A stretch of 64,000 nt of DNA, from assembly GCA_964019425.1 (NCBI GenBank), contig OZ025788.1, positions 1,178,001 to 1,242,000 of the forward strand. The letters run 5' to 3'. The DNA is from Flectonema sp. DT1601 (Eukaryota). Below the pieces are notes generated by a model that was not told the origin of the DNA, did no database searches, and worked only from the letters and a program-made list of their open reading frames with translations. The position numbers and the translations under genes were made by a program. This document shows positions 24,599 through 41,022 of this stretch, piece by piece (position 1 is the stretch's first letter; each line of letters begins with the position of its first letter).

Positions 24599-24863
24599 TT
24601 TTACATACCACATTAGAGTAACTCTTTATAATTATTGTAAAGACATGAAACCAGATGATATTTACTGAAAGACTTGTATTCTATTGGTAGTGCCTGCTTA
24701 CTAACCCCACCTGTTAAAACATCAATAGGGCAACTTGTTTATTGCTGTTGCCCCTCTTCCGAACAGGATAACTTAATGATATATTTATTTTTTAATATGA
24801 GAGTTTTATTGCGTGTTGACATTGATAGTATTTTCCCCCCTCAATGAACAGGATGACCTTGGA

Positions 24864-27800
24864 ATGACTCTCCGATGTCGAGAGTTGCACAATTTAGTTA
24901 ATGTTGTCGACCCGAATGGCCATCGTTTCTTGGAGGGTGACACAGTCGTTTACAGCTGTGATGGTAATCAAAGAGGTCAATTAGTGTGGTTGGCAATTAC
25001 AACCGGGTTCTTTAGAATAATGGACTGCGCTAGTCACACTGTTTGTTTCGAACTCGTTCCATTGGAAGAAATATCCGCAGTAGTAGAGAGCAGCATTGAT
25101 AACGGAATCGCAGTAATAAAAAAAGGAACAAACACCCCGGATATACTGGCGTACATATCTGTTTCAATTGATAAAAATAAACTACTCTCGGGGATTCTAT
25201 TCGCTACCAAAACATATGCGGCGAGTTCAACACCACTAACAACAGTGTCTGGGGAAGTCTCGGTTTTTGTGAGAACAAAATTCGACGAAGCTCCGATATT
25301 TGTACCACTTCCATCAACTGGTAGTGATAGACTGAGGTTAGCAAGTAACCCATCTGTTAAGAATAAATTAATACAACATGGTGATACTGCTATCTTATTC
25401 ACAGATAGAGTTTATCCAGAAGATCAAGAAAACACTCAAAAAGTTATAATTGTCTCAGATACAGCTTTATACGTTACCGACAAAGTTGGAAAAGTTGAAT
25501 TTCGATCACCACTCTCAGAGATCCTCAGTATCAGTTTGTTCTCTGATGATCCGACATTGTTGAGATTAGATTTTGAGATTCGGTCTCAGTTCCAATTTAA
25601 AAGTCGACACGCGTCAGCATTAGTCAATGAAGTACTTGTTTTAGTACCAACTGTTTGCATACAAAAACTTACGACCTCCACCAGAGGACCATCGCCAGCA
25701 TCGGAAAGTTCAACCCGACCGGGCAGTACCAAAGTTCATTCACCGACAGGGTCGGAAATTCAAAGAAATAATTCTTTACCACAAGGAAATATCGATGAGT
25801 TAGAACAATATAGCTCACCTCACGAGTTGACAAGTAAATCCCCTGGTAGTGTTGGTGAAGTTATAAATAACGACGCACCCAATCACAGTAGTTCACCAAC
25901 AACAGCAACAACGACTAATCGTGAGCCTTCGATATCGACTGCTGTTAGTGAATCACACAGAGCATCACCTGTTGTGTATGTTAATCAACCTGTTGAGTCT
26001 TTCCCACCAAAAGTTAGTAATATGATGATCAGTGAATTAGATACCCGAAGTAATCATATCTCACAAAGTGTTTCTCCTTTATCTCAATATCAATCTGGTG
26101 ATGTTCAAAGAGAACCAATTCCTGAACATGACAACAGAGGATCACCAACAGCAAGATTTCCTACTAATTCTTCAACCGCAATTAGTTCTGTTCGAAGAGA
26201 GAGTGCGACAACTCCGTCATCAAATACTACCATTGCTGTGACTATGAATACTGATATAGCTCTGCAATCAACTGTACAAAAACCATCTATTGTACGTCAG
26301 AGAAGTACTAGTATTGATGCAGCGACACAACCTGGTCTCTCTCCTCGAAGTGAGTTCAGAGAATTAGATTCAATTAATAAAGCTCTCACTTATGATGATT
26401 TACGTACTTCTAATGAACAACAACAGCATCAGCATCAGCATCAGCATCAGCAACAACAACCGACTGTGTCAGTAAAAGCAGCAGAGCATAATATGGCAGA
26501 ACAAATTGTATTGGAAATGAAAAAGATGAGAATTGGAAAACCATCAACAGCAGCTGCAGCATTACTATCACCCGACACAGACAATGTGTTGAATCAATTA
26601 GGGAAATGGACATCACCAACTCCAAGTCCAGTTCATATATCTGCTTATGATAGCCGTCAGATCATTCCTCCTATCCCTACTAGTCCATGGAGTCCAGCTA
26701 GTACAGAAAATGGAAACACACCTTTTACAATTGTTAAGAGACCTTCAGTAGTAGTAAATCCTGTAGTTGATGTAGTTCAGACTTCTCAGTACCAACACCT
26801 TCTCGGTGAGTTAGCTGAAGCTAATGCAAAGCTTACAGCATATCAAGAGGCGAATGAAACACTTAAGTCTGCTATATTATCTTCAGGAAGTCCTCAGAGA
26901 GATCTCACGTCGATGACTCATCCTGAGACTCCTGGTGATGAATCAGAAATGCAATCCATGAGATTACTTATATCACTTCGTGATGCTGAAATATCAGATT
27001 TGAAGTCCACAATAAACATCCAAACAAATCCTCCAACAACATCGATTTCAAAAAGACAACAACCTTCTCACAAGCACCGACCTTCAAAATTAGAAGCTCA
27101 GCTACAAACAAAAACAGTATTGGCGGAAGCTGCATTTGCGTATTTTGTGAGCAACGAAAAACGTTATAAAACAGTTGTTGAAGAGAATAAGGATCTTGAG
27201 AGAAGAGTTGCTGTGGTTGACGCATTACAAGCTGACTTAGACAGCGACAAGAAGAATGAAAAAGACTTCACTGAATTGAGAAAGAGGTTAGCATTGAAAG
27301 AATACGAATTACTCGAAGCTACTAAAAGACGGTCAGAAGGTGACGCCGAACTTCAAAAAATGTTAAAAAGACTCAGAGATACTAAAGAAGAAAGTGAAAC
27401 ACTTTTAAAACAATTATCTGAAAAAGTAAAACAGAAAATAGAAATACTCGCATACGATATTTCATCAACGAAATCAGAATTACAAGAAGCGAATGAAACG
27501 ATAACTCGTTTAAAGAATGCGGCCGAGAGAACTAAACAAGACAATGATCAGGCTTGGTCTGAACGTGAGAATGATCTTCTTCACCGAGAAAGTTTAGCAT
27601 CGCAACTTCACAATGAGGCTCTCGCTCGAATGGAGGAAAGAACTCAAAGACATGAGAGGAGTTTATCAAGACAACAGGCTGCTTTAATTCAAGAATTACA
27701 TCAAAAACAGGGAACAGCATCCACAACAACATCAACACCAAAACACCAAACGCTCGATGACGTCCAAACCCAACACTTGGCAGCAGAACTACGAGTTGCA

Positions 27801-29510
27801 AACCTTCAGTTAGAAGCGTTTTGTATTGAACAGGCAAAGTCAGCTTTTGTTGATCTAAGCCCATCATCGTTAAAGTCACCCATATCAGAACAAGAAGCAA
27901 CTGTTGCTAAGTTTATGGCTAAAATAGGTGAACTGCAAGACAAGGTAGTGGCACGTGATGACATTATTAAAGAATTGAAATCTGAAATGTCCCGACTGAT
28001 GCCAATGTGCGCATCTGATGTTCCGAACATAGCTCCAGGAATAGCACTTCGTAAAGTAACGGAGTTGCAGAAGGAAATATCGGAAATTAATGAGCTGTAC
28101 AGAACATCGGAAATAACAATCGATGCCAGAGAGTATGATATTGAATTGTTAAAAAATGGAATTCAAAAACTAACCGACGATCTCGATAAGGAGAAACGTC
28201 ATCGCGAATCAGATCGCCTGAGATCCCAATTTGAGATATCAGAATCTCTCAAACAGGCGATGGAAGCGCGAGTGACTTTAGAAGCAAAAGAGACATCCGT
28301 TGAGATTCGTGCGCATATTATGTCGGAAGTTGGTAAGAAGAATATTAAAAAGACCACAACCGACGACCAGCTTAGACTAGAACTCATATCATCGAAGGCA
28401 GAGCTTCTCACTATAACTGAACAACTTAATAAGGAGTGTTCAATATCAAAAACTGTCCAAAAACAAAAAAAATCATTCAGCAAACAAATGCAAGGAGTCA
28501 GATCTCAAATTGATAAAAAAACAAAAGACGCAGAACTACTTGAGGAAGAATGCATCAGACTACGAGAGAGATGTTCAGAATTGAAAGCTGAAAATAACCA
28601 ATACAGCGAAACCGTAACCGACAATGAAGCTGAAATTGCGACTCTAAACACCAGACTGACGGATACAAGATCGGAACTCTCTTTAGCAAATAATAATAAT
28701 AATCCTGAAAAGGAAACATTAAATAATCTCACTATTAAATTAGAACAGGCATCCGAAACGATCTCCTCTCTAGAGGAGCAGGTTATCAGAGCCACGTCGC
28801 AGTTTAACGATTTAAACAACCACATGATGAATGAACAACATGTTCACAAAGAAGAACTGTCGGAGTGTATCTCAAGGATATCATCACTGCAATCAGAGAA
28901 TGATACTCTCAAGGATAGAATGAAAACAGTATCACCAACATCAGTAAAACAATCGATAGATAAAGCTTTAGAAGAAATGAGTTCTAGATCACCACCTCCA
29001 GTAGAAGTTCATTCTAACCAACCAATGCATAAGATGGATGAAGTTACTAATGTTTTAAAACAAAATGGACACTTAGACGATTCAAGAGTTACTCGATGTG
29101 TTGATCGACTGTACACAGTTCTTAAACCTGCGACTCAACAGCAGAGGCTTCCACAGCAAGGAAGGCCACCAACTACTTCTACTCCTCCAGTTAATTCGTA
29201 TGCAAGTCGTCATTTATCGCAATCTGCGAGAAGTCGGAATCGAATGGCGAAGACTGAAAACATACTTCCTGTCAATGATATTGTTAGAACGCCTCCAACT
29301 GCTCCTCCTCCGATTCTTTCTCAATCATCTGTTCCTTCTGCAACTTCTAGGTATAGTGATGGTGATCGACATCGTGAAAAAGATAACAGAGAAGGAAGAG
29401 ATATGAAAATTGTACCCGCGGTCACTCCTCCTGCTTCGCGATCTAATGAAACGGCTGCTTTGTATGCGAAGTTAGGACTCTCTGAGTTGGCACCGTTTGC
29501 AGCGACGTGA
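24864..29510 (+). CDS. Large protein with N-terminal PH-like regions, a Ser/Thr/Pro-rich linker and long coiled coils
   Basis: Uninterrupted ORF of about 1550 aa. ILFTDRV...KVIIVSDTALYVTD resembles PH/myosin-TH1-type strands, and the C-terminal half is heptad-rich in E/K/L. The first ATG after the upstream AG is 24864. Confidence 0.85.
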   Translation: MTLRCRELHNLVNVVDPNGHRFLEGDTVVYSCDGNQRGQLVWLAITTGFFRIMDCASHTVCFELVPLEEISAVVESSIDNGIAVIKKGTNTPDILAYISVSIDKNKLLSGILFATKTYAASSTPLTTVSGEVSVFVRTKFDEAPIFVPLPSTGSDRLRLASNPSVKNKLIQHGDTAILFTDRVYPEDQENTQKVIIVSDTALYVTDKVGKVEFRSPLSEILSISLFSDDPTLLRLDFEIRSQFQFKSRHASALVNEVLVLVPTVCIQKLTTSTRGPSPASESSTRPGSTKVHSPTGSEIQRNNSLPQGNIDELEQYSSPHELTSKSPGSVGEVINNDAPNHSSSPTTATTTNREPSISTAVSESHRASPVVYVNQPVESFPPKVSNMMISELDTRSNHISQSVSPLSQYQSGDVQREPIPEHDNRGSPTARFPTNSSTAISSVRRESATTPSSNTTIAVTMNTDIALQSTVQKPSIVRQRSTSIDAATQPGLSPRSEFRELDSINKALTYDDLRTSNEQQQHQHQHQHQQQQPTVSVKAAEHNMAEQIVLEMKKMRIGKPSTAAAALLSPDTDNVLNQLGKWTSPTPSPVHISAYDSRQIIPPIPTSPWSPASTENGNTPFTIVKRPSVVVNPVVDVVQTSQYQHLLGELAEANAKLTAYQEANETLKSAILSSGSPQRDLTSMTHPETPGDESEMQSMRLLISLRDAEISDLKSTINIQTNPPTTSISKRQQPSHKHRPSKLEAQLQTKTVLAEAAFAYFVSNEKRYKTVVEENKDLERRVAVVDALQADLDSDKKNEKDFTELRKRLALKEYELLEATKRRSEGDAELQKMLKRLRDTKEESETLLKQLSEKVKQKIEILAYDISSTKSELQEANETITRLKNAAERTKQDNDQAWSERENDLLHRESLASQLHNEALARMEERTQRHERSLSRQQAALIQELHQKQGTASTTTSTPKHQTLDDVQTQHLAAELRVANLQLEAFCIEQAKSAFVDLSPSSLKSPISEQEATVAKFMAKIGELQDKVVARDDIIKELKSEMSRLMPMCASDVPNIAPGIALRKVTELQKEISEINELYRTSEITIDAREYDIELLKNGIQKLTDDLDKEKRHRESDRLRSQFEISESLKQAMEARVTLEAKETSVEIRAHIMSEVGKKNIKKTTTDDQLRLELISSKAELLTITEQLNKECSISKTVQKQKKSFSKQMQGVRSQIDKKTKDAELLEEECIRLRERCSELKAENNQYSETVTDNEAEIATLNTRLTDTRSELSLANNNNNPEKETLNNLTIKLEQASETISSLEEQVIRATSQFNDLNNHMMNEQHVHKEELSECISRISSLQSENDTLKDRMKTVSPTSVKQSIDKALEEMSSRSPPPVEVHSNQPMHKMDEVTNVLKQNGHLDDSRVTRCVDRLYTVLKPATQQQRLPQQGRPPTTSTPPVNSYASRHLSQSARSRNRMAKTENILPVNDIVRTPPTAPPPILSQSSVPSATSRYSDGDRHREKDNREGRDMKIVPAVTPPASRSNETAALYAKLGLSELAPFAAT

Positions 29511-29729
29511 TGTGTTCAGTTCTTTTCTCTCTTTTCTTTCATTAGAATGTTTTAGTTAGTTAGAGTTTGAGATAGATTTTAAAAAAAAAAGAATAACCAC
29601 CCAAATATAAAAAAACATCTTCTAGAATAGCCTCTGTAGATCCTCATAGGAATGTTGTTAATAAATTGTGAAGTATTTTTATTTATTCCATTTTGTTTAT
29701 ATAACAGGATTTCTCTCTCTTTTCTAAAG

Positions 29730-30563
29730 ATGTATACGACTGCTTATGACAATCTCGTGAGATCATCTCGTCCAACGTCACCGAGTATGAGTAGGAGACG
29801 TAACAGTGTTGGTAGTGCTGCTGGTGGATCAATTCGTACTTTTGGTCAACAGTTGTCAGTCAACACTGAAGGGTACCCAAACGTGATGGATAGAGACAAG
29901 CAACTGATCATGATGGAGAGAAGAAAGAAAGAAGTTGCGAGAGAACAAGAATTTAAGTTAAAAAAAAGTGATGTTGGCTATGCTGAAAGACGATTCGAAA
30001 CTGAAATAATACAACAATTAGGAAGACAAGACAACTATCAACAATATGGAGCTCCACCACCAGATATGTATCAAAATAGATATCAGAAATTATATGAAGT
30101 TCAAAATATTTATGATGACGCACCTCAACAGATTCCAACAGGATCATTACTCCCAGCCAAGTGGAGATCTAGAAAACTTGAATCATTTGATGAAGAAGAT
30201 AAGCATATCGTTAAAAGATGTGTTCGTTGTATTCTAGAATCCTCGTACATCAACAATGCTGGTGAGTTCCGTTCTCGTCTTGGGTTTCACAGAGGAGATA
30301 TCCGTCGTTTGTATGAAATACTTTGTAATGACACGAGCGATTGGTCTCATTATGATTGTGCATCTAACATGTGGTTTGTTATAAACAATTGTATTCATGA
30401 AATCGCAAATAATAATGTCTGCCATGAGTGGGGAAGATGGTTTGGAAACGTTTCAAGAAGAAAAGTTGAGGATCTGTACATCAGACTTGAAGGTCCTGGT
30501 AAGATACTTGTTCGCTACAATGGTCGCACCACTGAAATCCATTCTGCTATTCCTCACAGATGA
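29730..30563 (+). CDS. Hypothetical protein with a disordered N-terminus and a compact helical C-terminal domain
   Basis: Long ORF; ATG at 29730 follows the AG near 29707; Trp/Cys-containing C-terminal domain. Confidence 0.75.
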   Translation: MYTTAYDNLVRSSRPTSPSMSRRRNSVGSAAGGSIRTFGQQLSVNTEGYPNVMDRDKQLIMMERRKKEVAREQEFKLKKSDVGYAERRFETEIIQQLGRQDNYQQYGAPPPDMYQNRYQKLYEVQNIYDDAPQQIPTGSLLPAKWRSRKLESFDEEDKHIVKRCVRCILESSYINNAGEFRSRLGFHRGDIRRLYEILCNDTSDWSHYDCASNMWFVINNCIHEIANNNVCHEWGRWFGNVSRRKVEDLYIRLEGPGKILVRYNGRTTEIHSAIPHR

Positions 30564-30888
30564 TGTTGTTGTGTTGTTTTTGGTAGATTTTTTAACGTTT
30601 TTTTTTAAATTTTATTATATTTATTTTTTATTCTTCAAGTTGGAAGGATTTCTTTTTTTTTTTTTTTCGTTCTTTTTTTTAAAAATAAAATAAAATAAAA
30701 ATAAAATAAAATTCGCACCCAGCCAGTTTATATTTTGTTTGTGTTAATAAATCTCTTTTAGGGGGAACCCAATAAAGTATTCTGTACACACCCTCCCTAC
30801 TCATCCCGTTGTTATTACGTAGTAGACATTTAGAAGTAATGTGTTAAGAGGGTGTAATGGTTTAATCATTTGTTCTTCCTCTTCATAG

Positions 30889-36326
<5,438 letters not shown>

Positions 36327-36925
36327 AAGGCTACTGTCCCCTTCCCTTGTCATAGGGATGTCTGGTGAGTAGTTGAATTGCGTTTTTGCAATCAAGTCGG
36401 TTCTTTTTTCGTTTTTTTCTTTTTGCATGTGAGTATAATTTCGTCAAAAAAAAAAAAAAAAAAAAAAAAAGCTATTTTCACAGCTGCCCTCCCTTCCTGA
36501 CGAAATTTTGTTTACTTCCAATGAAAACAACAATCAGAATAACGCCAATGGTTGTTTATTTTTAATTATTTTCTTTTTTTTTGAATTTATATTTTGAAAA
36601 TGAAGGTTATCAACGAGACCAGCGAGTTAATTTCCTTATGGAACCTTTCACGTACCATCTCTGATATATTTATTTTCACCCTTTTCCTTCCTCTACTACG
36701 AAATATAGCCAAACACGAAAAGAAGAAAAAAAAAAAAAAAAAAAAAGGCTGAATTTGGGAAGGTTGTCGGACAGAAAGGGAAAGCAAGTCTTTTTTTGCA
36801 ATCCCTGACAGCACAGTCTTCTCCAGCATACGAATGTAAAAAAATATTGAAATAATATCACTCATATTCTTTTTATTATTATTTTAACTTCCTAAAAAGA
36901 TCTCTGTGGTAGAAATCATGTCGAA

Positions 36926-38215
36926 ATGTCCCAACCGCAGAAGGTTCTGATCAGAGTTGTTGAGGGTCGTGGTCTAGCAGATGTTCTTCACGGAAACTGT
37001 AAATTAATAGTATCATTGGGAGAGCTGGTATTTGAGTCAAGAGCAGTTGCCAGTTTAGAGCTGGGTATTTATAAATGGCAATACGAAGCTATTTTCGAAG
37101 TTAATGACCCGACCAATGACTCTATCCGCGTTGATTTATTCTGTCAAAAAGCTGTTAGAGGTCGTGCCATATGTAACCTAAAAGATCTCCATCAGGGGAG
37201 GTCTTCAACATGGTTGCCTGTGTTGGTTCCAAAAAAAATAAAATCAAAATTCGCACCGGAAATTCAATTCATCACAAAGGCTTTTGGATTTGGAAAAGCC
37301 TTGGGAACTGTTGCTCGAACGGCATCAAAAATTGTACCAATGCCGCACTACGATCCAATAGAGGTTACTGTTTTAGATATAATGTTACATCCAGCTTCAA
37401 CTGATCTGATTGAGCTACCAACAGATCCTCAAGTTTGGTCAGAGTTAAGTAGAAGTATGGAAGCACATCAGAATTTATCAAAAAAGCATCCTCTTGTTCG
37501 GATTACACCAAAGTTTAGAACAAGACGAAGTAAAACTGTTGAAGAGGAACAGCCAACCAGTAGTTTGAAAGTTAATATCTCATTTGTGAAATCATTCATG
37601 ACAAATTATCGCTCTAGCAGAACACATAAATTATTGATATCTAAATTAGGAACAGAATACGCACAACAACTCACGACTGATAGTGATTTTTGGAACACAT
37701 TAATTTCATTTGTGTACTTGAGACGACAATATGAAATGTTTGACAATTTCAAATCAGGTGACCAGGTAGCTGTTCAGGTCATATCAAAAAGAACTCAAGA
37801 AGCACCCAGACAAGCTAAGATTCAATCTGTTATCTCCCGAACAGGAGAACGCAAACGCTGCATAGTCCAATACGAAGGTCGAAGTACTGAAACTGTTCAT
37901 TTCAGTAAACTACGACCATGGAAAGATCGTCTTAATATTGTTGTTTCTTATACAAAAAAACCATTAGATCACATATACATGTCAACGTCTGAATGGGACA
38001 CCGTTAAAGCCGAATGGGAATCAGCTAACAAACGAGGTAAGTATTCCTGGCTTAATGAAATTGATGTCGATGACATAACAGATGAGCTTCCTCTCTCACA
38101 GATCATCACTGGAATTAAATTCCCTGGTGAAGACATGATTGGTGATGGCAATGAGTTTATCGATGAGGGAGATCAGTTATTAAATACCAACAGTAGGGCT
38201 ACTCAAGACTTATAA
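36926..38215 (+). CDS. C2-domain protein with a possible Tudor/SH3-like barrel near the C-terminus
   Basis: N-terminal VLIRVVEGRGL...FESRAV...KWQYEAIFEV...IRVDLF...GRAICNLKDL...WLPV fits C2. FKSGDQVAV...AKIQSV...CIVQYEG...ETVHFSKLRPW fits a Tudor-like fold. Confidence 0.75.
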   Translation: MSQPQKVLIRVVEGRGLADVLHGNCKLIVSLGELVFESRAVASLELGIYKWQYEAIFEVNDPTNDSIRVDLFCQKAVRGRAICNLKDLHQGRSSTWLPVLVPKKIKSKFAPEIQFITKAFGFGKALGTVARTASKIVPMPHYDPIEVTVLDIMLHPASTDLIELPTDPQVWSELSRSMEAHQNLSKKHPLVRITPKFRTRRSKTVEEEQPTSSLKVNISFVKSFMTNYRSSRTHKLLISKLGTEYAQQLTTDSDFWNTLISFVYLRRQYEMFDNFKSGDQVAVQVISKRTQEAPRQAKIQSVISRTGERKRCIVQYEGRSTETVHFSKLRPWKDRLNIVVSYTKKPLDHIYMSTSEWDTVKAEWESANKRGKYSWLNEIDVDDITDELPLSQIITGIKFPGEDMIGDGNEFIDEGDQLLNTNSRATQDL

Positions 38216-38549
38216 AGGATATGAGATCTTTTTATTTTTAATTTTTTTTAAAAAAAAAATTTCCTTTTGATATTTAATACGTATTATTCTTTGAAATCAG
38301 TGATTCTAAATCATAAGGGAATATATCAATCTTAATACCACCAGACTCACTGGATAGCTTCCCTTCTTTAAAAAGTTCAAACACGGTGAGTACGTCAGAC
38401 CCAATACCGCGGTATCCCTTACTTTCTTCACTGAAGAGAGCGGTATGGTCTGAAAAAGAAGGATTATTTTAATTTTTTTATAAGGCCGAATTCAAAAAAA
38501 ATCATTACTTGTTGATTTAATTATTTTATTTTATTTGTGATAACCTTTC

Positions 38550-38752
38550 CCGAATGGGAATCAGCTAACAAACGAGGTAAGTATTCCTGGCTTAATGAAA
38601 CAGATGTCGATGACATAACAGATGAACTTCCTCTCTCACAGATCATCACTGGAATTAAATTCTCTGGTGAAGACATGATTGGTGATGACAATGAGTTTAT
38701 TGAAGGAAATCGATTATTCGAGATCAACGGTAAATCTACTCAAGACTTATAA
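38550..38752 (+). pseudogene. Diverged duplicate of the last ~200 bp of the upstream C2 gene
   Basis: Matches 38010..38215 at a 540-bp offset, with several amino-acid changes and a 3-bp net deletion; no ATG or adjacent AG acceptor. Confidence 0.85.
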
Positions 38753-38895
38753 ATAATATTTTACTCCTTTTTTTTTTTACATGTCAGTCTTTGTATTCGG
38801 TAATTTGATTAGATTATTTAGTAGTGAGAGTGTGTACTATTATTTGACATCCTTCGGAAAAGCTATTTTTAATAATCAGAAAATGATCTAATAAA

Positions 38896-40926
38896 ATGAT
38901 AAAACAATCATGTAAGAGATTGAAATCTCTTACCTTCACGAGCCCAGGTACCTTACCTGCTGTGAGTAGTGGTCGAGATCTTCACAACATTATAACAGCT
39001 TGTGGAGTGTCTGCTCCCCGATCAGCAATGGATATTCCTTTTATAAGTGCTCAACGATATTTAAAAAAATACACTGGAACCCTTTATAAATATGAAAATT
39101 TAGACGTGAGAGTTCTAAAAAATGTTGGCCTTAACCCGAATAAAAATGATGAAGAACTTATGCAGCTGCCTAACAGAAACCCTGTTATAACTTTAATGGG
39201 TCATGTTAATCACGGTAAGACAACTCTTTTGGATAGTTGGAGAGATTCTGAATCTCCGATTAAAATAACAGAAACGGAACATGGAAAGATAACACAGTCG
39301 ATAAGAAGTTATAAACTAAAGTCTGGGACTACTGTGGTCGATACTCCAGGACATCTAGTCTTTGATGAGATGAGAGAACAGGGTGGGTTTGTTTCTGACT
39401 CCACAATAATAGTGATTGACATTACTCAAGGTATCTGTGAACAAACAGTTGAAGCTATTGATCATGTCTTGTACTACGACCGTCCAGTTGTTTTTGCTGT
39501 TACAAAAATAGATCTTATTAGTGGATCTGATCTACGCGAGTCATTAAAAAGTATCGCAACTCAAATTAGAGAAACTCCGGAATTCGCTGATGCCAAAGTC
39601 GCGACACAACTTCCTGAATTGGTTGAAAAAAATGATGTTTTTATCGTACCAGTTGCAGCACCTCATAAAATAAATAATGATTTACTCATGAAGATTGCTG
39701 TCAAGTGTGCAGGGATGTGTAAGTTCGACCCAGCTGAACCAACAGTTGCTGTTCTACTTGACTGTCAGTACAGCAATACACAAATCACTGAAAAAACAGC
39801 TTCACAACTTGAAGATGATGCCTTTTATCGAAAACGGAAAACAGAATTTTCAACGACGAAAGACTTTTACTTATCCCGAGATGTGATTAGAAATCCTCAG
39901 AATGCGGATAGAACTTTATTATGTATCGTGAAGTCAGGGATGGTGACACCAGGACAGGGTTTTGTTGTCGGCCGCAGCGGGTTTGGAATAATAAAAAAAA
40001 TTGAAGACGAATTTGGTGAACACCTATCCTCAGCAACACCAGGAACACCTTGTCAGATTACAGGTTTAAATTTAACATGCGACCCTCCAGATTCAGGTGA
40101 TCATATAATCGTTGTCTCAAGCGAAGAAAAAGCAAAAGCCATAATTGATCAACGAGACAGTATTACTCGATACTTAAATGATGGAGGGTATGCAAAGCTA
40201 CTCACTGATGAAGGTGACGAGGATGCTTTTTCATGGCTGCGTCTCGTTGAAGATGAAGGTCCATCTAGTATGTGGAAACGAAAGAAGAAGAGAAAAAGAC
40301 AAGAAAAGACAGCAGCCAAAGCCGACATGAATTCTTTCACCACCGAGGAGTTAATTGAAAGAGGAATGGTGTGCGACACATACGAGGCAACTGGAATTTG
40401 TAAACGCGCAGCATGTAATAAAAAGCATCCGCGAGACATTCACATTCAACAACCAGAAAAGATCTTCTTAATCATAAAAACTGACACTGCAGCATCTCTA
40501 ATATCAATAACAAAAGTATTGGACCATCTGAATAGTAATCGAGTGGTGTTCCTTTGTATCAATTCAGGTGTCGGTGACCTATCAAATGATGACTTTGATA
40601 GAGCTGCCATCAACGGTGATTTCTCAGCTTCAATTGTCTGCTATCGAATCAGATGTCCGGAATACATCATTCCCGCTGCTGTGTCTCAGAAAACTAATCT
40701 TTTCGAATTTTCAGTATTGTCAGATCTCGTTTCTATGTTGTATTCTCTGTATACATCTTCAGTTTCTGATTGGGAACAAAAACAACGTACTCGGTTGCAA
40801 AAATATAATCGGGAAGAAACTGATGAGTTCGATCCTGTGGAAGTCAGCGACTACGTCAAGCAATTATTAAGTGAAGAGAGACACTCTGCGGTCTTGTGTG
40901 ATATTTACAATACGTCGGATAAGTAG
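38896..40926 (+). CDS. Divergent mitochondrial translation initiation factor 2-like GTPase
   Basis: RNPVITLMGHVNHGKTTLLD, ITQSI, DTPGH..F..MR..G, TKID, a domain II barrel (ATPGTPCQITGL), and domain III IIKTDT..SL...SGVGDLSNDD; basic N-terminal presequence-like region. Confidence 0.85.
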   Translation: MIKQSCKRLKSLTFTSPGTLPAVSSGRDLHNIITACGVSAPRSAMDIPFISAQRYLKKYTGTLYKYENLDVRVLKNVGLNPNKNDEELMQLPNRNPVITLMGHVNHGKTTLLDSWRDSESPIKITETEHGKITQSIRSYKLKSGTTVVDTPGHLVFDEMREQGGFVSDSTIIVIDITQGICEQTVEAIDHVLYYDRPVVFAVTKIDLISGSDLRESLKSIATQIRETPEFADAKVATQLPELVEKNDVFIVPVAAPHKINNDLLMKIAVKCAGMCKFDPAEPTVAVLLDCQYSNTQITEKTASQLEDDAFYRKRKTEFSTTKDFYLSRDVIRNPQNADRTLLCIVKSGMVTPGQGFVVGRSGFGIIKKIEDEFGEHLSSATPGTPCQITGLNLTCDPPDSGDHIIVVSSEEKAKAIIDQRDSITRYLNDGGYAKLLTDEGDEDAFSWLRLVEDEGPSSMWKRKKKRKRQEKTAAKADMNSFTTEELIERGMVCDTYEATGICKRAACNKKHPRDIHIQQPEKIFLIIKTDTAASLISITKVLDHLNSNRVVFLCINSGVGDLSNDDFDRAAINGDFSASIVCYRIRCPEYIIPAAVSQKTNLFEFSVLSDLVSMLYSLYTSSVSDWEQKQRTRLQKYNREETDEFDPVEVSDYVKQLLSEERHSAVLCDIYNTSDK

Positions 40927-41022
40927 CCGCTGGTATTAAGATTCTTTTTGTTTTTATTTTGTATAATTCCTATTTTTTTTGAACAGCAAAAAAAAAAAAA
41001 AAAAAAAAAGTTTTCATTAAAA

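Noticed and set aside
38035..38042. AG|GTAAGT perfect splice donor in the C2 gene (and in its duplicate)
   Set aside because: The ORF reads through it to a normal stop, no matching A/C-rich acceptor was identified, and local donors are GTATG/GTTTG.
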